Part shown: positions 8,791-18,458 of the stretch, piece after piece
How the letters are laid out: every line of letters starts with the position of its first letter
Position numbering within the stretch: the first letter of the stretch is position 1
NCBI GenBank assembly: GCA_050331235.1
Contig: JBHJHA010000048.1
Location: 1-24,547, forward strand
Reading direction: 5' to 3'
From: Leptolyngbyaceae cyanobacterium
Lineage (GTDB): Bacteria > Cyanobacteriota > Cyanobacteriia > Phormidesmidales > Phormidesmidaceae
DNA: 24,547 bases
Program-made: the position numbers and the translations under genes
The notes under the pieces: generated by a model
Seen by the model: only the letters and a program-made list of their open reading frames with translations
Database searches by the model: none
Told to the model about the DNA's origin: nothing

Positions 8791-9081
8791 TCAACCAGCA
8801 GCCTCAATGCGTCCCCGAGAAATGAATCATAGGACCGCGACAAATAAGGCTGCGCCAATTACTGACCAAATAATGGGAAAGCTGACTTCTCCGCCAATAT
8901 TAATTTCAAAAAACTTTGGCAGCTCCAGTGCTCGCGCCAACCAAATGCCCAAAAGCGTGCCGATGAATCCGAGCACAATCGATCCGAGACAGCCCGTGCG
9001 GGAGTACCCCATAATGCCTTGGGCGATGCCGCCGCAGAGTCCCGCTACTAGTAGCAACAGTAACAAGTCAAGCAGTCCTAT
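8791..9081 (-). pseudogene. GlsB/YeaQ/YmgE-family (transglycosylase-associated) membrane protein, probably degenerate; the intact portion is ORF 8827-9096
   Basis: LLLLLLVAGLCGGIAQGIMG..GCLGSIVLGFIGTLLG..FPIIWSVIGAALFVAVL. The codon at the expected start, after GAGGGAGCAC, is ATA (9081-9079). TGA at 8829-8827 is followed in frame by FISRGRIEAAG*. Confidence 0.65.
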
Positions 9082-9228
9082 GTGCTCCCTCTGCAATTCT
9101 GACTATCAACAACAACAATAGCCTGGGGGCTGATTTCTAGATAGGAAGAAAATATCATTTGGCCCAGGAGAAACTATCTCCATGAATGGGAACCTCGGTA
9201 TCCTTTTAGTATCAGGATTGATGGACCT

Positions 9229-9807
9229 ATGCTGACCAATCCCCCCATTCGGCGAAGCGTGATGCTGCTGTGTTTTGGCGCAGCGGGTTTGCTGGTGGCG
9301 GCGGAGTGGCGCATGTTGCGACGATCGCAGCCTGAGATTGCCACCCAACTGCGCTCCACCCGGCTGAGTCAGCTTGAGCCCGTTTTGCAACAGTCTCCCC
9401 TGTCAGGTATGGCGCGACGGGTGAAGCTAGTCATTCGGCTGGAGTCGCGCCAGCTTGAGTATTACGAAGGGGAAACCCTGCTCAAGCAATATGACATCGC
9501 TGTCGGGCAAGCGCAGTGGGAAACACCCGTGGGGCATTTTGCAGTCTTGGATCTACGCCAAAATCCCCTCTGGCAGCATCCTATCACTGGGGAAGCGATC
9601 GCCTCAGGCCCCGATAATCCCCTCGGTAGTCGGTGGATCGGGTTTGCCTTTGACGACGGCTATCATATTGGCATCCACGGCACCAACCAAGAAGAGCTGG
9701 TAGGGCAAGCTGTCTCCCACGGCTGTGTACGGATGCGCGATCATGAAATCCAAGAAGTCTTCCAAAAAATTGCCATCGGTACCCCGATTACCGTCCGTCC
9801 TGATTGA
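9229..9807 (+). CDS. L,D-transpeptidase (ErfK/YbiS/YcfS/YnhG, YkuD domain) with an N-terminal membrane anchor or signal
   Basis: YDIAVG, WETPVGHF, GPDNPLGSRWIGF, IGIHGT and catalytic SHGCVRM, GTPITV. Confidence 0.95.
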   Translation: MLTNPPIRRSVMLLCFGAAGLLVAAEWRMLRRSQPEIATQLRSTRLSQLEPVLQQSPLSGMARRVKLVIRLESRQLEYYEGETLLKQYDIAVGQAQWETPVGHFAVLDLRQNPLWQHPITGEAIASGPDNPLGSRWIGFAFDDGYHIGIHGTNQEELVGQAVSHGCVRMRDHEIQEVFQKIAIGTPITVRPD

Positions 9808-9993
9808 ACGGCTAGGTTGCTTTACGGTCAGTCTTTGCGACATGACTCCACATGTCCCCCCCAATTTCAAGACTGCCTGCGCGCTCAGCTAAAGATCCCG
9901 GTAGCATTTTAAGCAAAGGCGCAGCAGCCCTTTGGATTAATTGCTGCATTTTCAAGCCGCAGACCCGCAACCGATTATCACTGAGGATAGGCA

Positions 9994-10584
9994 ATGAAAT
10001 TTTTTGAGAAGCCCGGACCAGAGTTGAGCGATCGCGTACCTCCCGGACAACATCTGGCCAAAGGCTTTCCTGTCTTGACCTATGGTGACACCCCACAAAT
10101 TCCAACCGCTGACTGGAAGCTCAAAACCTGGGGACTCGCTGAGCGCAAAACCTATAGTTGGAAAGAGATGCTCGCCTTGCCACAGCAGGACTTTACGGCT
10201 GATTTTCACTGCGTGACGACTTGGTCAAAGCTCGATGTGAAATGGACAGGTGTGGCCGTCCCTGACTTTCTCGCGACCTTAGAGGTCAAGTCCGAGGCCA
10301 AGTTTGTTCTACTCCATTGCTTTGGGGAATACACCACCAACCTAGCCATGGAAGACTTTAACCGACCGGAAAACTTCTTTGCCCATACGCTCTTTGGTGA
10401 ACCGCTGCCGCCTGAGCATGGTGGGCCTATGCGTCTGGTGGTGCCTCACCTCTATGCCTGGAAGAGTGCGAAATGGATCAGTGGCATCGAGTTTTTGCCC
10501 CAGGAGAACTTGGGGTTTTGGGAAAGAAACGGCTATCACAGGCGCGGTGAGCCCTTTGCCGAACAGCGCTATAGCGGTCGATAG
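9994..10584 (+). CDS. Sulfite oxidase-like molybdopterin-binding oxidoreductase
   Basis: RVPPGQ, DFHCVTTWS (Mo-ligating Cys), WTGV, YTTNL, EHGGPMRLVVPHLYAWKSAKW, GFWERNGYH. No Tat signal seen. Confidence 0.93.
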   Translation: MKFFEKPGPELSDRVPPGQHLAKGFPVLTYGDTPQIPTADWKLKTWGLAERKTYSWKEMLALPQQDFTADFHCVTTWSKLDVKWTGVAVPDFLATLEVKSEAKFVLLHCFGEYTTNLAMEDFNRPENFFAHTLFGEPLPPEHGGPMRLVVPHLYAWKSAKWISGIEFLPQENLGFWERNGYHRRGEPFAEQRYSGR

Positions 10585-10713
10585 GCAGTTTTACATAAAC
10601 CGGCACTACTGGTGCAAACACACGAAAAGGAGCATAGATAACTATGCTCCTTAACTACACCCTTTACGCAAGTTTGGTCGTTTCCAACCAGTCAAGTTTG
10701 AACTTACTGAGAC

Positions 10714-11499
10714 TTATGGCTCAGTTTGCAACGCCTGGGGCTGCAAGAAAGCAATCATTTGATCGATGCCGCGTTGAATGCGGCGGGTCACCGTCATCGG
10801 GCTGACGCCGATGCGCTCGGCAACTTCTTTGCGAGACAGACCATTGAAGAAGACATACTCAATTGCTGAACGAGTCTTGTCTTCTAACTGAGCCATCGCC
10901 CGCTGCAGTTGCTGACGATCCTCCTCGAGCAACTGCATCCGCTGGTAGTACATGTCAGGCAAGGTGTCTCCTAACGTGATGCTGGAGTCGATTTGGTGAC
11001 AAACGGTAGCATCCAAGCTGAGGGGCAGACGGTTCTTGTTTGCCATCTTGACTTCACGCCATTCCTCAATGGAAACATTGAGGGCTAACGCCATCTCCGT
11101 ATCGTTAGGCTGGCGACCCAACTGACGAATCAATTCGCCCTGACACTTTTGACCTTCTTTTTGCAAGTCTTGCCAGCGACGGGGAATCTTAACAGTAGTG
11201 CCGCGATCGCGCAAAAAGTGCAGCATTTCACCGCGAATGTAAGGCACTGCAAAAGAGCTGAAAGCGCACCCTTGAACTGGGTTGAAGCGCTCAATTGCCC
11301 GGATGAGACCTAAGTAGCCAATTTGCTCGAGGTCTTCATAGGGTTCGGAACACTGATGACTGACCCGGTGGGCAATTTTTCTCACCAGCCCAGCATTCAA
11401 ACGAACTAGGCGGTTGCGCAGTTCAACGGAAGGCTGATTCTTGTAAGCAATCAGCATTTCCATACCGCGGGAACGAAGAGAAGAAGTCTGGTTAGCCAT
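10714..11499 (-). CDS. sigF: RNA polymerase sigma factor SigF (group 3, cyanobacterial)
   Basis: LRNRLVRLNAGLVRKIAHR, EPYEDLEQIGYLGLIRAIERF, FSSFAVPYIRGEMLHFLRDR, PLSLDA, and region-4 SRKEVAERIGVSPMTVTRR. ATG 11499 (MANQTSSLRSRGME) is preferred over 11580. Confidence 0.93.
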   Translation of the reverse strand: MANQTSSLRSRGMEMLIAYKNQPSVELRNRLVRLNAGLVRKIAHRVSHQCSEPYEDLEQIGYLGLIRAIERFNPVQGCAFSSFAVPYIRGEMLHFLRDRGTTVKIPRRWQDLQKEGQKCQGELIRQLGRQPNDTEMALALNVSIEEWREVKMANKNRLPLSLDATVCHQIDSSITLGDTLPDMYYQRMQLLEEDRQQLQRAMAQLEDKTRSAIEYVFFNGLSRKEVAERIGVSPMTVTRRIQRGIDQMIAFLQPQALQTEP

Positions 11500-11597
11500 T
11501 TCTGAGGATTTCCTTGCGTTTAAGAGCGACAGATTTAGGAAACTGAACTTATTTTCATCAGCCGAGCCGTTTACAACCATCGTTGTTATACGGGACT

Positions 11598-11720
11598 CTC
11601 AGTAGGCATCCTAAAAACTATCCGTATATCCTCGGAATCCATTTTTCTGGAGGGTTGTTCAAGCCTGATGCAAGGTGATTTCAGGGCAACTCAGTAGGGG
11701 GCTGAGACATCCGTAATTAC
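11598..11720. promoter_or_regulatory. Repeated TAC(T/G)GA-type sites upstream of sigF (candidate regulator boxes)
   Basis: CTCAGTAGG at 11598-11606 and 11690-11698, each followed by ATCCGTA (11620-11626 and 11709-11715). Confidence 0.4.
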
Positions 11721-12152
11721 GCATATTCCTAAAAAAGCAGGACGTGAGATCCGGAAAATCCATGAATGATTTCACTTATATTTCAAAGAATTAGTTCATT
11801 TCATGTTGTTTCCATAAAAGCTGATGAACAAGCTTGACATTATTTTTTGGGTCTGAATGTGTCAGGAATGAACATTTTTCAAAAAAATAGTCGACTTTAC
11901 AAACCCTTTATTTGCAAATCCCATTCTTCATAAGCGACATATTTATTAAGCGGCTACGTTTGCCTGCACATGATGAATCTTAAGCGGCTCGATCTCAGTC
12001 GGGTTGCTCAAAAGTGACAACGCCACTGACAATATCGGCCGCTTTTGACCGCTGGTCGCCGAGGCAAGACCGCGAGCCCAAGGAGGGCGTCAGTGGATCA
12101 TGCTGATAGCTTCACGGCTCTAACCGGTCAGCCACCATGTGTACGATCGCGA

Positions 12153-12965
12153 CTAAATAAACACCCGATGCTGGAGAGAAGGCATTTGTTGGCGCACCTG
12201 AGCAATCCGCATGGGATTGATTTCGGCGATCGCCAAGCCAGCGTCAATGCCTACGTCGTCCAACACAATGCCCCAAGGGTCGATAATCATTGCGTGTCCA
12301 TGGGACTGACGACGCTGATTATGAAAGCCCGTTTGTGCCGGAGCCACGACGTAACAAGTGTTTTCAATAGCTCTGGCCTGTAGTAAAACCTGCCAGTGAT
12401 CTTTGCCGGTGAAAGCCGTAAATGCCGCTGGAATCATCAAAACCTCTGCACCCATTTGCGACAGGTGGCGATATAGCTCGGGGAACCGAACGTCGTAGCA
12501 GACAGATAGACCTAGATTCCCAAGCTGTTTCGAAGGATAAACCGACGGCAGCTGCTGCCCTGAAACGACCGTGTTGGACTCCCGGTAGGTGTTCCCATCG
12601 GGCAGATTGACGTCAAACAGATGTACTTTCTCGTAGCGCGCTAGCTCACTTCCGTCCGAGGCTACGAGTAGCGCCGTATTGTAAAACTTCCCGTCTTGCC
12701 CTGGCACCGGATACCCACCGCCCAGAAGGGTGATTTGATACCGCTGGGCCATCTTTTTTAAGAACTGCTCGCTGGTGTCACAGATTTCTCGGGCGCGGGC
12801 GCGTTTGATGTCCTCCTCACCCAAATAAGAAAAGTTTTCTGGCAGGGTGACGAGCTCTGCCCCGCGCCGGACGGCTAAATCAATTAGGTCTTCGGCTTGG
12901 GCCAGATTTTTCTCTAAATCTGGCACGCTAGTCATTTGTAAAGCTGCTGCCAAGTAAGACTTCAT
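12153..12965 (-). CDS. Carbon-nitrogen hydrolase, Nit1/NitFhit-like (probable deaminated glutathione amidase)
   Basis: E-K-C triad contexts LPENF, YEKVHLFDV and SVCYDVRFPELYR; also PAAFTAFTGKDHW, ARAIEN and GHAMIIDPWG. Confidence 0.93.
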   Translation of the reverse strand: MKSYLAAALQMTSVPDLEKNLAQAEDLIDLAVRRGAELVTLPENFSYLGEEDIKRARAREICDTSEQFLKKMAQRYQITLLGGGYPVPGQDGKFYNTALLVASDGSELARYEKVHLFDVNLPDGNTYRESNTVVSGQQLPSVYPSKQLGNLGLSVCYDVRFPELYRHLSQMGAEVLMIPAAFTAFTGKDHWQVLLQARAIENTCYVVAPAQTGFHNQRRQSHGHAMIIDPWGIVLDDVGIDAGLAIAEINPMRIAQVRQQMPSLQHRVFI

Positions 12966-13190
12966 GCGCGATCGCTACTATCTAAGGTTTGACTTTTAAT
13001 TTTACGCGGATTTGTGACGCCGCCTGCACTCTGTGGGGGGACGTCATCTTTGTTCAACAAGATGAGAGTAACAACCTGACGGTGGCCATTGACGATGCCG
13101 ATGGCTGCCTTCAATAACTTCACTCGAGGCGCCACCGTTGGCTTGCTACCTTGGCCACATAATCAGTGTCATTTTAAGGGTGCCCACTCA

Positions 13191-14519
13191 ATGGATATCG
13201 CGATCGCCCTATTAATCTCCTTTACAGCCCTATTGATTGCCGTGGGTCATGGCCTTTCACTTTTTTGGCCACTGCTAGCGGTTTTGGGTCTCATGCTTAG
13301 CGCCTATCTCCGCCGAGGGGTACCTTGGGCGTGTCTCCGAGATCTTATGCTTCAAGGCGTGCGGCAAGCTTTAGGGGTGCTGAGTATTTTGCTGCTGATT
13401 GGCGGCGTGGTGGCGGCGTGGCTATTGGCAGGGACTGTACCGGCACTTGTGTTTTACGGTCTGCAAATCATCCATCCCCAATGGTTTTTAGTCTCAGCCT
13501 TTGGATTGACAGCCTTGGTCTCCACCTTACTGGGGACTTCCTTTGGCAGTGCCGGCACAATTGGGCTGGCCTTGATGATTATGGCTCGGGGAGCAGACGT
13601 ACCAGAAGCTTGGGCTGCCGGAGCGGTGATTGCTGGAGCCTACGTTGGCGATCGCTGCTCGCCGATGTCGTCAAGCGCTCACCTCGTTGCAGTGATCACT
13701 GACACATCGCTTTACCGCAATCTCCGGGCAATGGTCTTCACTAGCTGGGGACCGTTATTACTGACAGGGTTGATTTATGGCATGGCGTCGCTGCGATATC
13801 CCCTCTCTGTAGTTGACAACCCCTTGGCAGCTAATATCCAAGCCACTTTTGTGATTAATCCAATTGCTTTTTTGCCAGCTATATTGCTGGTGCTGCTAAC
13901 TGTCTTGCGCTGGCCGGTACGCCGAACATTAGGGATTAGCCTGGCTAGCGCGATCTCCCTAGCCATTTTGCTGCAGGCCCAGTCGCTGCCGACTGTGGTC
14001 AAAACACTTCTGTGGGGCTTTCAGCTATCTCCCGATGATAGTCTGAGCCAGATCTTTAAGGGTGGGGGCCTGTGGACTATGGGCCAAGTGTGCAGTATTG
14101 TTCTTGCTTCAACCGCATTAGCTGGTCTTTTAGCCGGTATGGGCACCTTTGAGGCCCTGGGCAAAGCCTTGACTCGATGGCCCGGACCTCGGGGACGGTT
14201 TCAAGGCACCCTCTTGGCGAGCTTGTTAGCGAGTGCATTTGGCTGCACGCAAACCATCGCAATTTTGCTAACCCAGCAAATCATGCAGCCACATTACCGC
14301 ACCACTGGCGCCAACCCAGAGCAACTCGCCATTGACATTGAAAATTCTGCCGTTGTGCTTGCCCCACTGATCCCTTGGAATATCGCTGGGCTAGTACCAG
14401 CAGCCGTGATTTTGACCGACGCCAGCTTTATTCCCTACGCGGTGTATCTATACTTATTACCGTTGTGGCATTTATTGCGTTATTCTCAGCAGACGTTTCT
14501 GTCACAACAAGAAGACTAG
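13191..14519 (+). CDS. nhaC: NhaC-family Na+/H+ antiporter-like transporter
   Basis: Polytopic membrane protein with ILLLIG..W..AGTVP, GTSFGSAGTIG, GAVIAGAYVGDRCSPMSSS and PLIPWNIAG. ATG 13191 is preferred over TTG 13089. Confidence 0.88.
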   Translation: MDIAIALLISFTALLIAVGHGLSLFWPLLAVLGLMLSAYLRRGVPWACLRDLMLQGVRQALGVLSILLLIGGVVAAWLLAGTVPALVFYGLQIIHPQWFLVSAFGLTALVSTLLGTSFGSAGTIGLALMIMARGADVPEAWAAGAVIAGAYVGDRCSPMSSSAHLVAVITDTSLYRNLRAMVFTSWGPLLLTGLIYGMASLRYPLSVVDNPLAANIQATFVINPIAFLPAILLVLLTVLRWPVRRTLGISLASAISLAILLQAQSLPTVVKTLLWGFQLSPDDSLSQIFKGGGLWTMGQVCSIVLASTALAGLLAGMGTFEALGKALTRWPGPRGRFQGTLLASLLASAFGCTQTIAILLTQQIMQPHYRTTGANPEQLAIDIENSAVVLAPLIPWNIAGLVPAAVILTDASFIPYAVYLYLLPLWHLLRYSQQTFLSQQED

Positions 14520-14896
14520 GGTATAGAGACCTCCTGCCCCACCGACACCCATGTAACAATCCTGAAAATTGCATGGCTAGGATGACTGTTCGGCCCTCTC
14601 AGATTAGGCCGAACAGCATGGTAGAGAGCATTTGCGGAGTATGCCATGGCCTCATTCTACGGAGAAGCGCGGTAGGCGTTAAATGAGGAACCGCAGCTTA
14701 GTGCCGGTTTGAGTCTGCATTTTCTGTAGACTCATGCGGTTGCCTAATCTCCCATTCCGGCGGTTTTGTGACAAAGACATCGATCACAGCACTAACATCT
14801 GTCCCTCACTCCTAGCGGGATCAGCCTTTGACAGCTCAAACTTTCAGCCCTGGGACAGATTTGGCCCCTTAAATAGGAATATCCGTATCATTTTCT

Positions 14897-14926
14897 TTTA
14901 CAGATCTTAAAACTTATTGTTAAGTT
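14897..14926 (+). promoter_or_regulatory. Candidate sigma70-type promoter of the DoxX gene
   Basis: TTTACA 14897-14902, an 18-bp spacer, and an extended -10 TG-T-TAAGTT (14918-14926), in AT-rich DNA about 45 nt before the ATG. Confidence 0.45.
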
Positions 14927-14970
14927 ATATATAAGCCGCTGATGTTTATCACTCATTCATTTCTATCAAC

Positions 14971-15510
14971 ATGCAACTCACTTCCACTGCTGCCAAGCTA
15001 TTCCGACCCAATGTCTCTGCTAATACGCTCTCTCAGACAACCCTGGCAATTCTGAGAGTGACTTTGGGGGTCATGATGGTACACAACGGTCTTGACAAGC
15101 TCGCTGACATTGAGAGTTTTGCCCGAGCTTATGTTGAGTATCTAGGTCTTCCCTTTCCCATCTTTCTAAGCTACATCGCTGCTTACACGGAGCTGCTCGG
15201 TGCTCCCTTGGTGGCAATGGGTTTGTTTACTCGCTTTGCGTCCTTAGGCTTGTTTGGCACGATGTGTGTTGCGATGTACCATCACATCTCTGTTGCTGGT
15301 CTTAGCTTGCCTTACCTCGAGCTATCTGCTATCTATGCAGCCTCCTTCCTGTATCTGCTGGTCAACGGGGGTGGTCTGTATTCGTTCGATGCTTTGATTG
15401 CTAATCTGTTGGACAGTGCATCCTTGACACTAAAGGAGAAGCAGATCATGCGCCTTGAAAAGTCCTATCAGGCTACCGAAGTGGCTAAAGACGAGAGTGC
15501 GATCGCCTAA
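14971..15510 (+). CDS. DoxX family membrane protein
   Basis: LAILRVTLGVMMVHNGLDKL, AAYTELLG..L..GLFTR, MCVAMYHH, LEL, GGGLYSFD. Confidence 0.92.
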   Translation: MQLTSTAAKLFRPNVSANTLSQTTLAILRVTLGVMMVHNGLDKLADIESFARAYVEYLGLPFPIFLSYIAAYTELLGAPLVAMGLFTRFASLGLFGTMCVAMYHHISVAGLSLPYLELSAIYAASFLYLLVNGGGLYSFDALIANLLDSASLTLKEKQIMRLEKSYQATEVAKDESAIA

Positions 15511-15549
15511 GTCTCGTTTTACCGATTCAATTTAAGTGCAAAACTTCAG

Positions 15550-15579
15550 GGAGGAGGTACGTGGTACCTTCTCCTTTTT
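15550..15579 (+). terminator. Rho-independent terminator of the DoxX gene
   Basis: Stem GGAGGAGGTAC / GTACCTTCTCC (11 bp, one G-U pair), loop GTG, then TTTTT, about 40 nt after the stop codon. Confidence 0.85.
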
Positions 15580-16474
15580 ATTTGGATTTAGCGCAGTTTC
15601 GACAAACCACCGGCCGTAGCAGTACATTTGAATGCATCAAGGTGATGGGTCAACGGCGATAAAAAAACACGCAGATTTCCTGCAACTAGATGACTCTCTG
15701 AGACTGGACGACACAGCGATTTGGCAGCCAGATGTTCTGAATATCACCGGCTGCTGAAGGAAAAGCCGAAAGCATTTCAACAATGAGGCGCAATAGCAGG
15801 GGAGCTACAATCTATAGCGCTATTTTGCAGAATTGGAATTAAGTCGTTAGCAACCTGAAAATTGATAGGAGCCAATCTAATGATGGCTCAGGGAGCGCAG
15901 CGACTAATAAGAGGCTTTGACCGTGAGGAAAGCCTTGGCAGTATGGTTTAGCTACTTGTTCGCTCAAGCTTGGTGTGAAATTTCACTGACAGTGTAAATT
16001 CCAGTTTGATCCGGATCTAGCCCTTGGAGGTATGTGTAATTTATGAAGCAGAGATGAAATTTGGATTTGTCATCAGGAATTGTACGGTTTCCTTGACGCA
16101 AACTTTACTTCTGGGTGGGATAGGATCACACAGATTGCGCTGTCGGTCTTACATAATGGTGATGTGCTCTATGCGCTAAAGGCCCGATCAATACGCTGCC
16201 AAACTTAACCGTTCTTGGCGATAGATTGGGCTCAGAGGAGCGTATGAAGCTGCCCTTACAGAGATCCCTCTTAGGCCTCTGAGCTGATGATTCAGCTTAC
16301 TTGTTGATGAGGCTTCGTTAAGTGGCATTGGAGAACATCTCAGTGATTATCGGCAAGGTGTGCGATCACGATTTAAAGGGGGAAAAGAGTTTGGAAAGCA
16401 CTGTTTTGAATAGCCAGGTTTCGTTCGTTGTACCACTTCATATCCCCATTAAATCAGGCACTTTTTAGAAAATC

Positions 16475-17695
16475 ATGATTTCTACGGTTTTACCCTCATC
16501 TTCATCATCTATCTTGTCAGGGGTTCGTCTGTCTATCCGCGACCTGCAGCCTCAAGTCACCCTATGGCGGCGCCAAATTCATCAACAGCCAGAGTTAGCC
16601 TTTCAAGAAAATACGACGGCTGATTTTATTTGCCAGAAACTCACCCAGTGGGGGATCGAACATCAGCGAGGGATTGCCCGAACCGGCATTGTGGCAATCA
16701 TTTCCGGAGCGCAGCCCGGTCCGGTGCTTGCGATTCGAGCTGATATGGACGCTCTGCCTATTCATGAAATGAATGAGGTAGACTATCGCTCGCAGCGAGA
16801 GGGCGTTATGCATGCTTGTGGCCACGATGGTCATATCGCGATCGCCCTTGGCACTGCCTACTATCTGTCGCAGCATCGCGATACCTTTTGTGGCACCGTC
16901 AAAATTATCTTCCAACCGGCCGAAGAAGGCCCCGGCGGTGCCAAGCCGATGATCGAAGCGGGGGTGCTTGAGCAGCCCAAAGTTGACGCAATTATTGGGC
17001 TTCACCTTTGGAATAACCTACCCTTGGGTACCGTCGGCGTCAGAACTGGACCGATGATGGCCGCGACCGAATTCTTTCACTGCACAATCAAAGGCCGCGG
17101 GGGGCACGGCGCTATTCCCCATCAAACGGTCGATTCTATTGTGGTGGCAGCGCAGGTGGTGAATGCGATTCAAACTATCGTGGCGCGCAATATCGATCCC
17201 CTCAAATCTGCCGTGGTCACGCTGGGGGAGCTGCATGCTGGCTCAGCCGTCAATGTGATTGCTGACCAGGCCCGATTGAGCGGCACAGTCCGCTATTTTG
17301 ATGGGTGCTATGAGGGCTTCTTTGCTAACCGGTTGGAGCAAATCATCGGTGGCGTCTGCCAGTCCCATGGGGCTTCTCATACCCTTGATTACCATCCCTT
17401 GTATCCGCCTGTGGTGAATGATGCCGCGATATCGGAGCTAGTCCGCTCAGTAGCGCTCTCGGTGATTGATACCCCCGCAGGGGTGGTCCCTGACTGTCAA
17501 ACGATGGGGGGGGAAGATATGTCCTTTTTCTTGCGAGCGGTGCCGGGGTGCTACTTTTTCTTAGGTGCCGCTAACGAGGCCAAGAAATTGACCTATCCCC
17601 ACCATCATCCCCGGTTCAATTTTGATGAGGCGGCTCTCTCTACCGGTGTGGAAATGTTTGTACGGTGTGTTGAGTCGTTTGGTCAAGGGGCGTAA
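16475..17695 (+). CDS. M20D family amidohydrolase (N-acyl-L-amino acid amidohydrolase-like)
   Basis: RRQIHQQPELAFQE, RADMDALP, MHACGHDGH, FQPAEEG, GRGGHGA, MGGEDMS, HHHPRFNFDE. Confidence 0.95.
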   Translation: MISTVLPSSSSSILSGVRLSIRDLQPQVTLWRRQIHQQPELAFQENTTADFICQKLTQWGIEHQRGIARTGIVAIISGAQPGPVLAIRADMDALPIHEMNEVDYRSQREGVMHACGHDGHIAIALGTAYYLSQHRDTFCGTVKIIFQPAEEGPGGAKPMIEAGVLEQPKVDAIIGLHLWNNLPLGTVGVRTGPMMAATEFFHCTIKGRGGHGAIPHQTVDSIVVAAQVVNAIQTIVARNIDPLKSAVVTLGELHAGSAVNVIADQARLSGTVRYFDGCYEGFFANRLEQIIGGVCQSHGASHTLDYHPLYPPVVNDAAISELVRSVALSVIDTPAGVVPDCQTMGGEDMSFFLRAVPGCYFFLGAANEAKKLTYPHHHPRFNFDEAALSTGVEMFVRCVESFGQGA

Positions 17696-17781
17696 CTGGA
17701 GACTAAGTTTTTCAATTGCTGACGCTGCCCTGAATATTTATCGGTAAGCTATTGTCGATGCGCTAACAGAGGAGTACTGTG

Positions 17782-18384
17782 ATGGGTCGTCGCTCACTAG
17801 GTTGGATAATGGTCGCCGCGATCGCGCTGTTCACTGTATTGCTCAGCGCTCGAGTACCGCTCCTGCCACCAGCGCAGTCATCCGAGCCGACGTCCCTTCT
17901 GGCTCAGGCCCCCCTCACTGAGTCGCCAGAGCTGACGGCTGACTTGACTCTCAGCGGGACTTTTGAAGATCCCCAGGGAAACTTTCAGATCGGCATTTTA
18001 GAAGGAGCTGCGACTAGTACGGTCTCTGGCTCCCCCATGTTTGAGCTACCCAATGGCAGCTTGGCCTATAGCGTCGTGACTGTCCCCCTGATGAGTGAGT
18101 CGCCTCTGTCTGACATTGCCCTTGCGGAGATTGCTCGTCAGACCCTATCGAATGGAGAAGGATTTCAATCTCAGACGTTTACCTCAGTCCCTAACGGTGG
18201 ATTGCAAATTGTCTGGTCAGGACGTTTGAGTCAAAGAGGCGCTCCACAACCGGTTAGCGGTAGCATGTTGGTGAGACAACAGGGCATGGCGGCTTACGTT
18301 TTAGTTGTTGCGGCTTTAGAGTCAGCGGCTCCGATGGTTCCGAGTGCTTTAGCAACTCTGGTAGAATCCTTCAACATTCTGTGA
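17782..18384 (+). CDS. Exported or membrane-anchored hypothetical protein (possibly PsbP/Mog1-like fold)
   Basis: RBS GAGGAG lies 7 nt before the ATG. Basic-then-hydrophobic N-terminus (MGRRSLGWIMVAAIALFTVLL), a F-x-DPQGNFQI segment, and a C-terminal LVESFNIL. Confidence 0.8.
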   Translation: MGRRSLGWIMVAAIALFTVLLSARVPLLPPAQSSEPTSLLAQAPLTESPELTADLTLSGTFEDPQGNFQIGILEGAATSTVSGSPMFELPNGSLAYSVVTVPLMSESPLSDIALAEIARQTLSNGEGFQSQTFTSVPNGGLQIVWSGRLSQRGAPQPVSGSMLVRQQGMAAYVLVVAALESAAPMVPSALATLVESFNIL

Positions 18385-18458
18385 CGACCTAGCCATTTGT
18401 GGCTGCTGTTTGCACCATTGCTCGGTAATCTTAGAGATCTCGGTTCGAGGACTCACCT

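Noticed and set aside
11500..11580. N-terminal extensions given by the ORF track (sigF 11580, nhaC 13089, DUF4090 20698, rhodanese 22046, GT 23430)
   Set aside because: Family similarity begins at downstream starts, and some extensions overlap neighbouring genes.
17742..18430. CGGTAA motifs before the 17782 and 18459 genes as SigF promoters
   Set aside because: They are imperfect matches to GGGTAA and too short to support without TSS data.
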